A stretch of 62,913 nt of DNA, filler included, from Stramenopiles sp. TOSAG23-3 (lineage: Eukaryota): the NCBI GenBank assembly GCA_900128585.1. It is 9 parts of 9 records of this genome, joined end to end, with 100 filler letters (N's around TTAATTAATTAA, not from the genome) between each part and the next. Parts side by side here need not be neighbours in the genome. Positions count along the whole stretch, not along the records: positions 35,084 to 41,972 come from LT643237.1; positions 42,073 to 48,959 come from LT643238.1; positions 49,060 to 55,937 come from LT643239.1; 6 more parts are not named here. One strand, given 5' to 3'. Of the stretch, positions 41,183 through 52,200 are shown one piece after another. Within the stretch, counting starts at the first letter, position 1; each line of letters begins with the position of its first letter. The translations under genes were made by a program, and so were the position numbers. The notes beneath the pieces were generated by a model. It worked only from the letters and a program-made list of their open reading frames with translations. It did not search any database and had not been told where the DNA came from.

Positions 41183-41680
41183 ATGGTCCACTCTAACGTA
41201 GCGTCCCTGTTCGTTCCCGTCCGTTTCATGCTGCTGTGGATTCACATGTTTGCAACCTTTGTCCTCGCGACCGCAACGGAAAATAGTATTAAGGTGTCCA
41301 TTTACCCGAGCAACAACCCGGCGAAGGACAAGGAAAAGATAGACCTGGCAACAGCGACGCTGTCCGCGTGGATCGGCGTGGCCGCGGCGTGCTCCCTCGT
41401 GGAGTTTGCGAGCATGGTGCTGCTCCCGTACTCCATGTCCTCCCCGTTGATCAGCTGCATCTCGACGGCCCTGCACTTTATCGGCGCGGGCCTCACCTAC
41501 TTTATGATATTTGAAGGGTGGCACTACAACACGTACACGTCGATTTGCCTTTTTACGAGCTTGTTGCCCTTCCTTTTAGAAATGTCCCTCGACTCCACTT
41601 TTTGTTGCACGTGGAACCGGGTCAGGAACGTGACGCACTGTTTGAAGGGCACCTTTGGCGGCGGAAAGGCCAAGCAGTAG
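41183..41680 (+). CDS. TMEM107: Ciliary transition-zone protein TMEM107
   Basis: VPVRFMLLWIH, ENSIKVS, VEF...SM...ISTALH, IFEGWHYNTY...SLLPFLLEM match the four-TM TMEM107 pattern. Confidence 0.85.
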   Translation: MVHSNVASLFVPVRFMLLWIHMFATFVLATATENSIKVSIYPSNNPAKDKEKIDLATATLSAWIGVAAACSLVEFASMVLLPYSMSSPLISCISTALHFIGAGLTYFMIFEGWHYNTYTSICLFTSLLPFLLEMSLDSTFCCTWNRVRNVTHCLKGTFGGGKAKQ

Positions 41681-41972
41681 TGAGTGAGTGAGTGATCTGG
41701 GGGTGGGGAGGAGAGGGGGGGAGTGGTGGTTTAGAGCTAGAGGGGCGCACAGCGGTAAGGTACAACGTACATCGACTGCACGCGTGTTATCGTACGTCGT
41801 AATTTAATGATTAACATTTACTTATAATGCTTTATATGATATGATATGTTAATTTAAATTACGTTGAAGTATGATATGAAAAAAACAATTTATAAAAAAC
41901 AAATTATATAGTATGTTTTAAGACTCTCAAAAAAGAAAAGAAAAAAGAAGGTAAAACCGTTCAAGAACCTAA

Positions 41973-42072
41973 NNNNNNNNNNNNNNNNNNNNNNNNNNNN
42001 NNNNNNNNNNNNNNNNTTAATTAATTAANNNNNNNNNNNNNNNNNNNNNNNNNNNNNNNNNNNNNNNNNNNN
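41973..42072. other. Artificial contig linker
   Basis: N44-TTAATTAATTAA-N44. Confidence 0.98.
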
Positions 42073-42374
42073 TTTTTTTCTTTCTCTCGTCGTCGCTCGC
42101 CGTTTTTTCTCTTCTTCTTCTATCTATGATGATGTTTCAACCACCACCGTTTGAAATCAACTTCAATCATTTTTTAGTCGGATTTTACAGAGAGTGGGAG
42201 CATGTCGTTTTGTCATTTGGAAAAAGATTTCATTAAAGCATTTTGGTTTCGGCGAGAAAGGGTCAGGCTTTGAAAAGCGTGCAAGGGTTTAGGGTTAGAT
42301 GTTTTTCTCCAAAGAGGTATCGAGTGTGTAAATATGTACGTGTAGTCGCAGCGGCGCAGTTTGTTATTTGGAAT

Positions 42375-44807
42375 ATGGGGTTGTGCGCTTCGTCCTCGGG
42401 AACGAAAGCGTCGGACTCCGTCCACCCAGAGGAGAACGTTAAAGGACTAAAGGCGAACTTTGATTCTGCATCTCCCAAGGACAAGGTTAAGGACAAGGTC
42501 CAGCGAGAGAAAGAAGAGGAGCATGAAGCGGTAGTAATAAACCTTTCGTCGGAGGACGAGAAAGAAGAGGCGTTTCCGACAGCGCCGACGCATACGAAAA
42601 GTGGTAAGCTAAGGACGAAGTACCATTCCCAGGGAGACGCGCCAACGTCAAGCGACGACAGCTCGGAGTACGATAGGCACGACGTGGCCGTAAGCGAAGC
42701 AGCGGAAAGTTCCGTTCTTAGCATGCCGTTGTATTCGGTGGTCTCTTCGAGCAAGGGTAGCAGCGAGAGCGCCGACAAAGACGAAACGTTTACTATAATC
42801 CTGGACTCCGTGGCTGCTCCCATGAAGGAGAATAAAATCAAACGGCTGACGGAAAAGCAAAAAATGGAAAAGGAGTTGCTCTTAATTTTCAACGCACTAG
42901 ACGATAGCAAGGACGGTTACTTGCAAGTCAGAGAATTCCGAAGGGCACTCATTCGTCGCCCAGACCTTGGCGCGTACGTTCGACCTCGAGACGTCCGTTT
43001 GGCATTTGCACTTCTGGGGCTACCGGAGGGAAAGGCCATGGACTTTGCCATGTTTCGGCGATTTTGCATGGACACGAAAGAAAAGCATACCAGCGCAATG
43101 GAGAGTAGGAAGACCCTGCAGTGGATCACAAACCTCAGGTCGCTGTTCTTTCGTTTGGGGGCTGGGCGGGACGGCCGGTTGTCCTTAAAGCGGCTTCGTC
43201 GTGGGCTCCTGTTGTCCCCTTCTTTGGGACACATGCTGAGGGCGAATGAGATCGACGAAAGCCTGGGCAAGCTTGGGCTGCCGCTGGACGGAACGATCGC
43301 TTTCCATGATTTCAAGACATACTGCCTTCACTTGGCGACTATCAAGAACAAGCCTTGGGCTGCGAAAGCGCTCCAGATTGTGACACTGTTGAAGTCGATG
43401 TTTATCAGCCTTGACACAAACAAAAACGGCACCCTGGAGGTGAGGGAACTGAAACGAATGATGGAGAAACGGCCAGATATCGTACGCTTTATCAGACCCG
43501 TAGAGCTCCGCAAAACTTTAAAAGCGATGGAGGTGCCATCCAGGGGACAAGTCAAGTACGATCAGTTTGAGACGGGCGTCCTACTTGCCAGTGGAGGAGT
43601 CCCCCCAGAGCCAGAAATTTTAGTTGACTTGGACGCTGCGTCGATTCAGAGCGGGGACTCTGGCGGATCGTTGACGTCAAGCTCCGGCAGCTCCGACAGC
43701 GACAGTCTGAACGGGAGTGCCTCCCCTGAAGAGGATGGCGGCAATTATTCCGACGATTCTTTGGACAACTATATCTGGGGAAAAGACGTGGACGATAGCA
43801 TATCGATAAATTTTACAGCTATAGCAAGGTCACGTGCGCGCTCAAGGCGTAGCTCAAAATCTCACGCGAAACGAAGAGCAACCGTGAACGAGTGGGCTGG
43901 GCAGCGAAACGCGCATATGCAACTGGAGAGTAGCGAGGAGGATTCAAACGCGGGGGACGACGAGTCTGAGTTCTCTTTCGAAGGGTCTGCGACCGGTAGA
44001 TCCAGGTGGAGCATGCAGTCCCATCGCGACGATGACGAACTCTATGAGCACAATCATCCGGACCTGATGGTGATCGGGTCATCGTCTGAGGACGAAGGGG
44101 GCAGCTCAATCGAAGGCTTTGAAAAACACGGGGACATAGAAAATGCCCAGCCTCATGATAGTGAAGACGATGCCCAGCAAGAAGATGTTGAGGTTGTAGA
44201 AAGCGACGAAGAAAAGGAAGAGAAGGTTATGCAACGTGTGCAGAAAAGTAGATTGGCAAGATCCAACAAACAGGCAAAAGTCCGCGTGGCCATACATGCA
44301 GATCACGTCTTGCAAGCTGTGAGCTTCGAGGAATTAAATGAAGAACACGAGGAAATTGACGAAAGCATGAAAGATATAGATTTACCAAAAGAAGATGAAA
44401 AGCAGGAACAAAAGCCGGAGCAAGTCTCCATCCCGTTCCAATCAAATGAAAAGCAGGAACAAGTCTCTATCTCGTCCGAATCCAACGAAAAGCAGGAACA
44501 AGTCCCAGTCCCGTCCGAATCCAATGAAAAGCAGGAACACGTCTCAGTCCCGTCCGAATCCAATGAAAAGCAGGAACAAGTCTCCATCCCGTCAGAATCA
44601 AATGAAAAGCAGGAACACGTCTCAGTCCCGTCCGAATCAAATGAAAAGCAGGAACACGTCTCAGTCCCGTCAGAATCAAATGAAAAGCAGGAAAACGTCT
44701 CAGTCCCGTCAGAATCCAATGAAAAGCAGGAACAAGTCTTGCCCACCCCGAATACTTCTGCTGAGGATGATAGTCAAAACGACGAAGAAAATAAGAAGAA
44801 GAAGTGA
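42375..44807 (+). CDS. Dually acylated (MGLCAS) multi-EF-hand protein with an acidic tail and 13-aa tandem repeats
   Basis: First ATG at 42375 gives MGLCASS. EF loops DDSKDGYLQVRE and DTNKNGTLEVRE plus four degenerate loops. Confidence 0.85.
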   Translation: MGLCASSSGTKASDSVHPEENVKGLKANFDSASPKDKVKDKVQREKEEEHEAVVINLSSEDEKEEAFPTAPTHTKSGKLRTKYHSQGDAPTSSDDSSEYDRHDVAVSEAAESSVLSMPLYSVVSSSKGSSESADKDETFTIILDSVAAPMKENKIKRLTEKQKMEKELLLIFNALDDSKDGYLQVREFRRALIRRPDLGAYVRPRDVRLAFALLGLPEGKAMDFAMFRRFCMDTKEKHTSAMESRKTLQWITNLRSLFFRLGAGRDGRLSLKRLRRGLLLSPSLGHMLRANEIDESLGKLGLPLDGTIAFHDFKTYCLHLATIKNKPWAAKALQIVTLLKSMFISLDTNKNGTLEVRELKRMMEKRPDIVRFIRPVELRKTLKAMEVPSRGQVKYDQFETGVLLASGGVPPEPEILVDLDAASIQSGDSGGSLTSSSGSSDSDSLNGSASPEEDGGNYSDDSLDNYIWGKDVDDSISINFTAIARSRARSRRSSKSHAKRRATVNEWAGQRNAHMQLESSEEDSNAGDDESEFSFEGSATGRSRWSMQSHRDDDELYEHNHPDLMVIGSSSEDEGGSSIEGFEKHGDIENAQPHDSEDDAQQEDVEVVESDEEKEEKVMQRVQKSRLARSNKQAKVRVAIHADHVLQAVSFEELNEEHEEIDESMKDIDLPKEDEKQEQKPEQVSIPFQSNEKQEQVSISSESNEKQEQVPVPSESNEKQEHVSVPSESNEKQEQVSIPSESNEKQEHVSVPSESNEKQEHVSVPSESNEKQENVSVPSESNEKQEQVLPTPNTSAEDDSQNDEENKKKK
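44418..44738 (+). repeat. 39-bp coding minisatellite (SNEKQEHVSVPSE, about 8 copies)
   Basis: Eight SNEKQE units with near-identical DNA. Confidence 0.95.
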
Positions 44808-45235
44808 AGAAATACTTATTGTACACTATATCCTCGTGCAGCTAAGAGCTAAAGACTGCGTCGTAGGATATAGTAAGTAATTATTATAATATAAGAATAC
44901 CATTGAAAATGATGATAGATTGTTGATAATATTTTTTGAAGGGCCAGCAGTGCAGCGTTTTTAATTTAACAACCACACACCATTGTTTTAATTTGAGAAG
45001 AAGAAGAAGAAGAAGAAAAAAAGAAGAAGAATAATAATAGCAATCCAATCAATTAATCAATCAGATCACAGAGTAAACAAAACTAAAACAAAAAAGAGGA
45101 AAACAAAAACAGAAATGTTCATTTGCTTACGAATTAATGAAGAAGAAACACACATTTACCTCGAACAAACACAACACTTGTACAAAACTAACAGAAGAGT
45201 ATTTTGTGTTCACGAAAGACCTGTTCGTTCACACC

Positions 45236-47041
45236 ATGGAACACTTTAAAATCAGCTTTGATCTGCCGGGAAACAGCCAGCCTGTTACGTACCAGTTCGA
45301 AGATGCAAAAATGAAAAACGTTCCGAATGGTACAGTGTACATGGAAGTCGCTGCAAACGGGGAACACAACGTGTTTGTTAATCTGCAGTTTGGGAAGCAA
45401 AAGTACGGGATCAACCTGAGCGCGCTGCCGAAACTGTCGCAAGAACACCATGTTCTCCGCCAGAAACGACTGAAGGAACAGGCCATTAAACGTGAAAAAC
45501 TGCAGCAGAAGATGAGAAAAGCCGAAAACACCATACGAAAGGCTGTGCAGAAACACATCGCACTTCAGCCCGACCCTTCCAGATTAACAGGCAGTAAAAG
45601 TGACGGCGTTATGGGGAAGGTAGAAAGCACAGGTTTGACTGCCGGAGAGCGAAAGCACGCGTGCGCGGTTTGCCTGATGTACACGGGGAAATCAGGGACA
45701 GTTCGATGCATCAAGTGCGGGGAAACTAGCCACCAGGCCTGTTCTGGAGTGTCGGGCAAGGATGTTCTCTCGGGGTCTTGGGAATGCCAACCTTGCTCGG
45801 CTGGTATGAAGCCCGCAGACCTAGTTTGCGCATTATGTGGTAAAAAGAACGTCAACGGTCAATTGTTTAAGCGGAGTACCGAGGATAATGGTTGGGTGCA
45901 CGCGTCTTGCGCGCTGTTTCTTCATGAGACTGTGTTTTTGGACCACTCCACAGTCGACATTGTCGGAAGTAGGAACCGCGATGGGAAAATGGGAAAACTG
46001 GCAAAGTACATAGAGGCCAACCGTTTTTGCCGAATCAAGAGCGATGGAGAGAACGGCAATGAGAAAGGCGTAAAGCAGCAGCCATTCGCCTGCGAAGTTT
46101 GCAAGTCCCCGTCAGGAATTTTAACAAATTGCGCCGTAGTTGGGTGCGAAGCAAAGTTCCACTCGATCTGCTTGAAGTCCAACACCAACATAATCTTTCC
46201 TTTGTTCAAAAACGGCGTGTCGTCTGTGAATGCACTGTGTAAGTACCACACACAGTTGGCGTACGACAAAACCGCTGAACACGACACTGTCGTGTCCACA
46301 TCGGGGGTTCGCAGCCTCTCCCATGGGGGCTCGGCCCGCGCTAAGTTTCTCTCCAGCCACCACCGAAAGAAAACATCATCCCCGCGGCGGCATAACATCG
46401 TGCCAAGTAAGGTGATTATTGCGAGCAGCGGCATCGGCAGCGCTAATTATTTGGCAAGCAAACGTGTGTTTTACAAGGCGCTATCCCAGTTCCATGACGT
46501 CGAAGGGAATGCAGACGTCATGTCAAAACTACCGATTCTTGCTGGAGAAGAGCTGGACCTGTATAATTTTTTCGTACTCGTAGTATCTTGCGGCGGGTGC
46601 GATCGCGTAGTCGCAAATGAGGGCACATGGTCCACCATTTTCAAAGCACTGCCCAATTACTCGACAACAGAAACTAGTTCTTCGTACAGACTTAAAAAGA
46701 TCTACATGAAGTTTTTGTACGACTTTGAAAAGCGTTACAAGCTGGGCGAAGTCCCTGAAGTTCTCCGTGGCGTCAATGTGGACAAAGAGGTGGAAGAGAG
46801 CCGTAAACTCGCGGAGGAAGCGGAGGAAACGGAGGAGAGCGAAGAGAGTGACAGTGAATCGGAGAGCGATGAAAGTGGGGAAGATTCGGAAAGCAGTTCC
46901 AACGGCTCGGGGGATGATGAAGAAGGGGACGAGAAAGTGGAAGCGGTAATCGCACGGGGGGGAATCGAAAAACGAAAAGTGGGGCCCGGTAGATCACCGA
47001 AGGGCAGAAGGGTGCGACAACGGTTTGCCGGGTCGAGGTGA
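45236..47041 (+). CDS. Chromatin protein: PHD plus extended PHD (PZP-like) and ARID domain, acidic tail
   Basis: CAVC...CIKC...HQAC...WECQPC; CALC...WVHASCALF...CEVC...GCEAKFHSIC...CKYH; ARID LPILAGEELDLYNFF...GG...WSTI...LKKIYMKFLYDFE. The start could be 45137 or 45236. Confidence 0.88.
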   Translation: MEHFKISFDLPGNSQPVTYQFEDAKMKNVPNGTVYMEVAANGEHNVFVNLQFGKQKYGINLSALPKLSQEHHVLRQKRLKEQAIKREKLQQKMRKAENTIRKAVQKHIALQPDPSRLTGSKSDGVMGKVESTGLTAGERKHACAVCLMYTGKSGTVRCIKCGETSHQACSGVSGKDVLSGSWECQPCSAGMKPADLVCALCGKKNVNGQLFKRSTEDNGWVHASCALFLHETVFLDHSTVDIVGSRNRDGKMGKLAKYIEANRFCRIKSDGENGNEKGVKQQPFACEVCKSPSGILTNCAVVGCEAKFHSICLKSNTNIIFPLFKNGVSSVNALCKYHTQLAYDKTAEHDTVVSTSGVRSLSHGGSARAKFLSSHHRKKTSSPRRHNIVPSKVIIASSGIGSANYLASKRVFYKALSQFHDVEGNADVMSKLPILAGEELDLYNFFVLVVSCGGCDRVVANEGTWSTIFKALPNYSTTETSSSYRLKKIYMKFLYDFEKRYKLGEVPEVLRGVNVDKEVEESRKLAEEAEETEESEESDSESESDESGEDSESSSNGSGDDEEGDEKVEAVIARGGIEKRKVGPGRSPKGRRVRQRFAGSR

Positions 47042-47410
47042 GGTGGTAAAACATCTCACGCAAAAGTCTGAAGTATTTGTGGTAAATTAATGAACCAATT
47101 ACAAGGCGCAAGAACACCGGTTTCAAAAGAAAGTAAGATGTGGATTATATTTAAAATGTGAGCAAGAAAAGAAATATTAATCACTCTTTTGGGTATTATA
47201 TAATAGTAAAATTGTTCATCTTGGAATTATAAAATAATTCCTCAGGGATTAAAAAATCAAATCAAAACTTCAAGCAAGGTTTAGGGTTTTGGAAACTGAA
47301 ATCGTGCATGATATGCTACTATAATATTTTAATAAAAAATGAGAAGAGTCTTAAAAGCATACTATATAATTTGTTTTTAATGTGTGCCGTGCGTTCTGTG
47401 TTGATAAAAA

Positions 47411-48493
47411 TTACTTCTTCTTCTTCCCCTTCTTCTTCCCTCCCCCCTTCTTTAAAGGTTCATTTCTATTCAACATGGCAAAGTCATCTTTATCTAATAT
47501 AGAGCTGACAAAGCACTTCTTGAGCGTCTTGTTCAGCCTTGAGTCCGCGTGCGCTTTCGACAGTACCGGGATCAAAATTTTCACGCCTTCTTTTCCCAGC
47601 GTGTTGAACCGAAAATTTAACGAACGCAAGGTTTGATTTCGTTCTATTGCATTTGCCAAGGACTCCAGGCCGTGCGAGAATGCCAGAAAGGCGGCAGATT
47701 CGTAGTCGATGTCAATCCCATTGTCCGACAAGTCCAGCGACGTAAGGGTTTTATTCTTTCGAAGGCTTCGCGACAGCACACTCAACCCCTTGGCCTTCAG
47801 CGCGTTTCCTTCCAAGTTTAAAGTGTTCAGTTTTGTTTTTTCGTTGCTCAGTAAGTCGCATATTGTTGCGCCAAACATGGCGCCCTCGAGCTTACAGAAT
47901 CGTAGGCTTAGGTACTCAATGCACTGGTTCGACCGGAGCCCATAGATTAAACCGGACAATCCTTCGTTCCTGAACTGATTGTAATCAAGGGTCAAGCTTA
48001 CGAGGCTATCGTTGGCCCCATTTTCCAGGGCTTTGCCCAACATGCTGCAGCCTTGCGCAGTAAGGTTACAATGGATGAAGGAAATCGACTTGGGCTCGAC
48101 CCCGAGGGGTTTCCCGAGCCTCATCAACTCTGCGAATGACGTAGCCCCCGCATTGCCCGCTTCCGTTCGAACGAACGCTATGGAATCGTACCGCTTGTAA
48201 CTTTTCTGGTTCATGCCTTGCCCGTTCCCCATGATCGCCCACGCCAATGCGCGGGTATGCGACGGTCGAAGGGGCATGTCCTGCACCAGCAAATGCACTG
48301 AAGAGTCCACGCTGTTTTCGTCTTCCTCGTCGTCGTTTTCACCCAGCAAATGGCTGATAAAAGGTCGCATTTCCTCGGTCCCTATGAGCTTGCACGCCTG
48401 CTTGTAGTTGGCCACCAAATTTTCTAACGCGTCCCCATCGTCCGCATCCGCCGACTTCTTCCCGCCCTTCTTCTTTTTTTTCTTCGGGGGCAT
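47411..48493 (-). CDS. RNI-like leucine-rich repeat protein (LRRC73-like, probably ciliary)
   Basis: MPPKKKKKKGGKK N-terminus; LVSLTLDYN...G...L, LEGNAL, LDLSDNGI repeats of about 28 aa. Confidence 0.8.
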   Translation of the reverse strand: MPPKKKKKKGGKKSADADDGDALENLVANYKQACKLIGTEEMRPFISHLLGENDDEEDENSVDSSVHLLVQDMPLRPSHTRALAWAIMGNGQGMNQKSYKRYDSIAFVRTEAGNAGATSFAELMRLGKPLGVEPKSISFIHCNLTAQGCSMLGKALENGANDSLVSLTLDYNQFRNEGLSGLIYGLRSNQCIEYLSLRFCKLEGAMFGATICDLLSNEKTKLNTLNLEGNALKAKGLSVLSRSLRKNKTLTSLDLSDNGIDIDYESAAFLAFSHGLESLANAIERNQTLRSLNFRFNTLGKEGVKILIPVLSKAHADSRLNKTLKKCFVSSILDKDDFAMLNRNEPLKKGGGKKKGKKKK

Positions 48494-48959
48494 CCTTATC
48501 CAACCTTGCCACGCAGCAGGTACTCAACAAACGAATGATAAACGTACAAATTAAAGCGATCGGTCTTCCAAAACAAGCAAACAACTTTCCCCAACCATTT
48601 CGTTCGTTCTCCATTGCTCGTTTGTTAAAACCATTCTTTCATTTTCTCATCAATCAACAGAGAGAGAGACGGGTCAACACAAGAAGAAGTACAGATAATA
48701 ATTGTTTATATATAATATATAGAAGCATCTCAAGCTCACTTACTCATATTAATAAAAAATATTAAAAAAAAAAATAACTGATCTTTTTTTTTTTTTTTTT
48801 AAATAAAAAAAAATGTCACCGGAGGGCTAGTTATTATTATTATAGTAGTCCCAAGCAAGGGAGGAATAATAATAATGCCAATATATAATACTATAATACC
48901 ATCGTAGTATAAAACAGAGAATAGCAGCGGCGGTAGTACAAAAAATCCGAAAACACATC

Positions 48960-49059
48960 NNNNNNNNNNNNNNNNNNNNNNNNNNNNNNNNNNNNNNNNN
49001 NNNTTAATTAATTAANNNNNNNNNNNNNNNNNNNNNNNNNNNNNNNNNNNNNNNNNNNN
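48960..49059. other. Artificial contig linker
   Basis: N44-TTAATTAATTAA-N44. Confidence 0.98.
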
Positions 49060-49236
49060 AGGGAAACAGGCATTGAGAGAAGTGTGGAATCACAACGATG
49101 GATTAATTCTGTAATTCTTAACCGATTTAAAATGCCTAGATTTTAGTTAGAAAATGCAAAATTACTAGAAGCCTCTTTCTTTCTATCTAAAGTCCATTAA
49201 TTCTTAAAAAGGCACACACAGTAAAGGCCGCGCGCT

Positions 49237-52200
49237 TCAGCGCTTCAGCTTGAAGCGAACTTTTGCTCGGTTAGTGTCCGCCTTATTCTTAACGGCAGGC
49301 CATTTCTGCTCCAAATACTGCAGAATCTCGGGAACGGTCTTGCTCGCAGCTCCGAAATTCACCTGGTACGCATCGAAAGCCTGGACCACAGCGCGATTGA
49401 GAACGTCCTTCACCGCTGGGGCAAATACCAGCGACGACAGGTAGGCGTGGTACGTTATTTTCAGCGTTTCTTCTGCCTCCCGAGGGTCAATCGTGCCCGT
49501 TGTGCCCAGCACTACCTGGGAGATGGAATTCAACAGGGTCTCCAACAGGCCGTAAACCATCGGACGAAAGTGCTGCTCCTTGCTCTTTCTATCGCCGATA
49601 AACTTCTCAAGCGCGGCTAAGTATTCCCCCATTTCCCGCAAAGCACGGCACTTTTCGAGCAAATCTATGTATCCAGCGATGTACTTTTTGCGCACGGTGC
49701 CAAAAAGCTTCATTTGCCGCATGTCCAAGAGGTCGAACGTATTCTTGATCTTCTCCTTTCCATCTTCTGTAAACACGTACACCAAGTGCCTTTCAAACTT
49801 GAACGCCCCACCGTTTTCTGGAAGCTTTCGAATGAATAGCTTTCGGTAAACCTCAAGCGATGCCTTTGCCCCCCACTCTGACGCCAACTCGTCGCTGTTG
49901 ACTCCCGCCGCTTCCGCGATCTCTTTGCCGTGCAGGATTGCTTTCGCCCACATGTACCGTGGACGGTGTTCGCTAAAGCACCAGGACCGTGGAATTAGTG
50001 TACGCAACTGCTTTATCGCCTCCTGCAGCAGGCCGAACAGGCGTGCCGCCGGGGCCGAGTTCCTGGATACCCTGTACCCTGGCAGCAGCCGCTCGAAGAA
50101 TTTCACGGCAGAATAATCCTTCGCGGTGTGCGACGCCAAGACCGCTTTCAGTGTGGATGCGTACAGCCGGTACGTTGTGTACTCTAGTACCCGGTCCGCC
50201 TTTTCGACGTTCGACGTGAAGCGTCTCCCCTCGCGGACCTCAACGTCAGCTTTCAAGCGCTTCGCATGGTCGTGGGCCTTCTTAAAATATTCGAGCGCAC
50301 GCTTGTGCGCTTTTAACACGCCCTGCCCGCTCCCACCAGCGCTTCCGTCGTTGCTTTGCGCACCGTTCAATGGCATGGAATCCATCTTCAGGGCAAGCTT
50401 TCCCAGCAGCATTTCATGAATGGGACCTGGGGACAACTTGCTTGATTTTTCGAACGCTTCGAAGGCAGAGAGGAGGACTGGCAGGCGCTTTTCCATCGAT
50501 ATTCCAAAAATCGCCATTTTACGAGACTGATTGTAGAGCAAAATGCCGATCTGCTCGTGACAGTGCGATTCGTGAAACTTCACAGTCTCATCAGGGTACG
50601 CTTTCAGAACCTTTTCGCCCATAACAAAGGCACGACGGGCGATTTCGCGCAAGTGCGGTATGTTCACCAACGAAAGCTGCGCCGCCCCGCTGGAGAAGGC
50701 GGCCTTTCCGTGCTCATTTGCAGGCAGCACTTGCCCAGTCTCCTCGTTCGACGGTTTGCCTTGGGGCAAGGGGGGCGCAAGCTCCCGCGGCCACACGAAC
50801 CGATCCAACTCATAATTCAGCAGCACAGACGCAGAATCCCCAAGCTCGTACCAAGACTGCGCGCGCCAAGGGTTATGGTAGAGGTCGTGCTCCAAGACCT
50901 GAATGCGCTTCTCAAATTGCTCAAAAATATTGACATTTTTTTCCATGCGCACGCTCATGTTCTTGACCGTCATCTCGAACAGGGAGCGCTCCACAGAAAA
51001 GGATTGCCTGGACGTCTCTCCCAGGGACTCGACCGCCGAGGGAGAGAGCCAACTGCAAGCTTCCAACGCGTCGCTCATACCTGGGGCCGCAGCGCCACTG
51101 GGATCTTCTTCGTGAGAAATGCCACGCAAATATTGTGCAACGGAGGACCGATAGGGCGATTTAGACAAAGCCTCTTCCGTACTGTAAACAGAGCATATCT
51201 CGTCCAGCAGCAGTCGGCGGTTTTTCACCGACTCGTCAAGTAGAGAAGGGCGTGCAAATTCAAACAGCCGGGCACAAAACGATAAGCTTTCCTCGGACAG
51301 ACGCAAATATGCATGTTCTCTGGTGTCCGTTTCAAACCAGGGGTGCGTTTGAATCTTGAACACATCAAAGTATGCTCTTCCTAAGGGAACCCCGTAAAAG
51401 TCAAACTTTTCTACATGGTCTTCGAACCAATCCTCCAGTCTATCATTCTTTAGCATAAAGTGAAGAACCCCTATTACGCTCTTCAGCAGCTGGCCACGTC
51501 GAGCCGTCGTCAAGCCCCACTTGCTAAGCTGCGCGTGAAGCGCATTGATGACGCCGACCAAGTATTCGTACCTTTCTCGCAGCGCTCGATTGCCGTCACC
51601 ATCGGTGCTTGTCTGATGCATGTCAACTACGTAGCACGAAAATGTAAAGAACATGTTAAGGCCTGCGTACCGCAGTGGGGGTTGACGTTTTGAAATGTCT
51701 ACCACGTTAACAGCCAGGCGTAACACTGCAAAGTAAAGCGATATGAAAGCGTCCGAGTCCCCGACGTTTGCACGAAGCATGTGGGGAGAAAAATAGTCTA
51801 CAGGCACTTCCATGCACGCTTGCAAAAATCCGACGAGATCACGGTCGCAACTCGTATCAATGTTTTCGCGCAATAAGTCGGACTGCACCTGTTTCGCGCC
51901 ATCGTGCGCGTACGTCAGCCTTTTGTTGTACCGCTGCTCAGACCGAGACACGCTGGCAACTTTAGACTTTTTCGGCACGGTTTTTGGGTCGGAGTCCAGA
52001 GTGTTCTGGATAGAGGCATAGCAGTTGTTTGCCAGCCGCAGGGTCAACGAGAGGGTGAACGCCATGTCTCCGAAAGAGTATGATATGGACACGACCATTT
52101 CGTACAGAGCCCTGTTTTGCATCAGGGCCATCATGCGGACAAACGGTGGCAGCACGCCCTTGACGTCTTCCCACAACGTTTGGCGCTTCGAAACGGGGCA

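Noticed and set aside
44418..44738. CRISPR-like array
   Set aside because: Contiguous in-frame coding repeats without unique spacers, in a eukaryotic gene.
42285..47292. Telomere- or telo-box-like TTTAGGGTT motifs at about 42288 and 47280
   Set aside because: Only one or two units each; compatible with chance and not a telomeric array.
22230..48493. Cluster of ciliary genes (EFHC/RIB72, TMEM107, LRRC73-like)
   Set aside because: They lie on different contigs joined artificially; this only shows the organism is flagellated.
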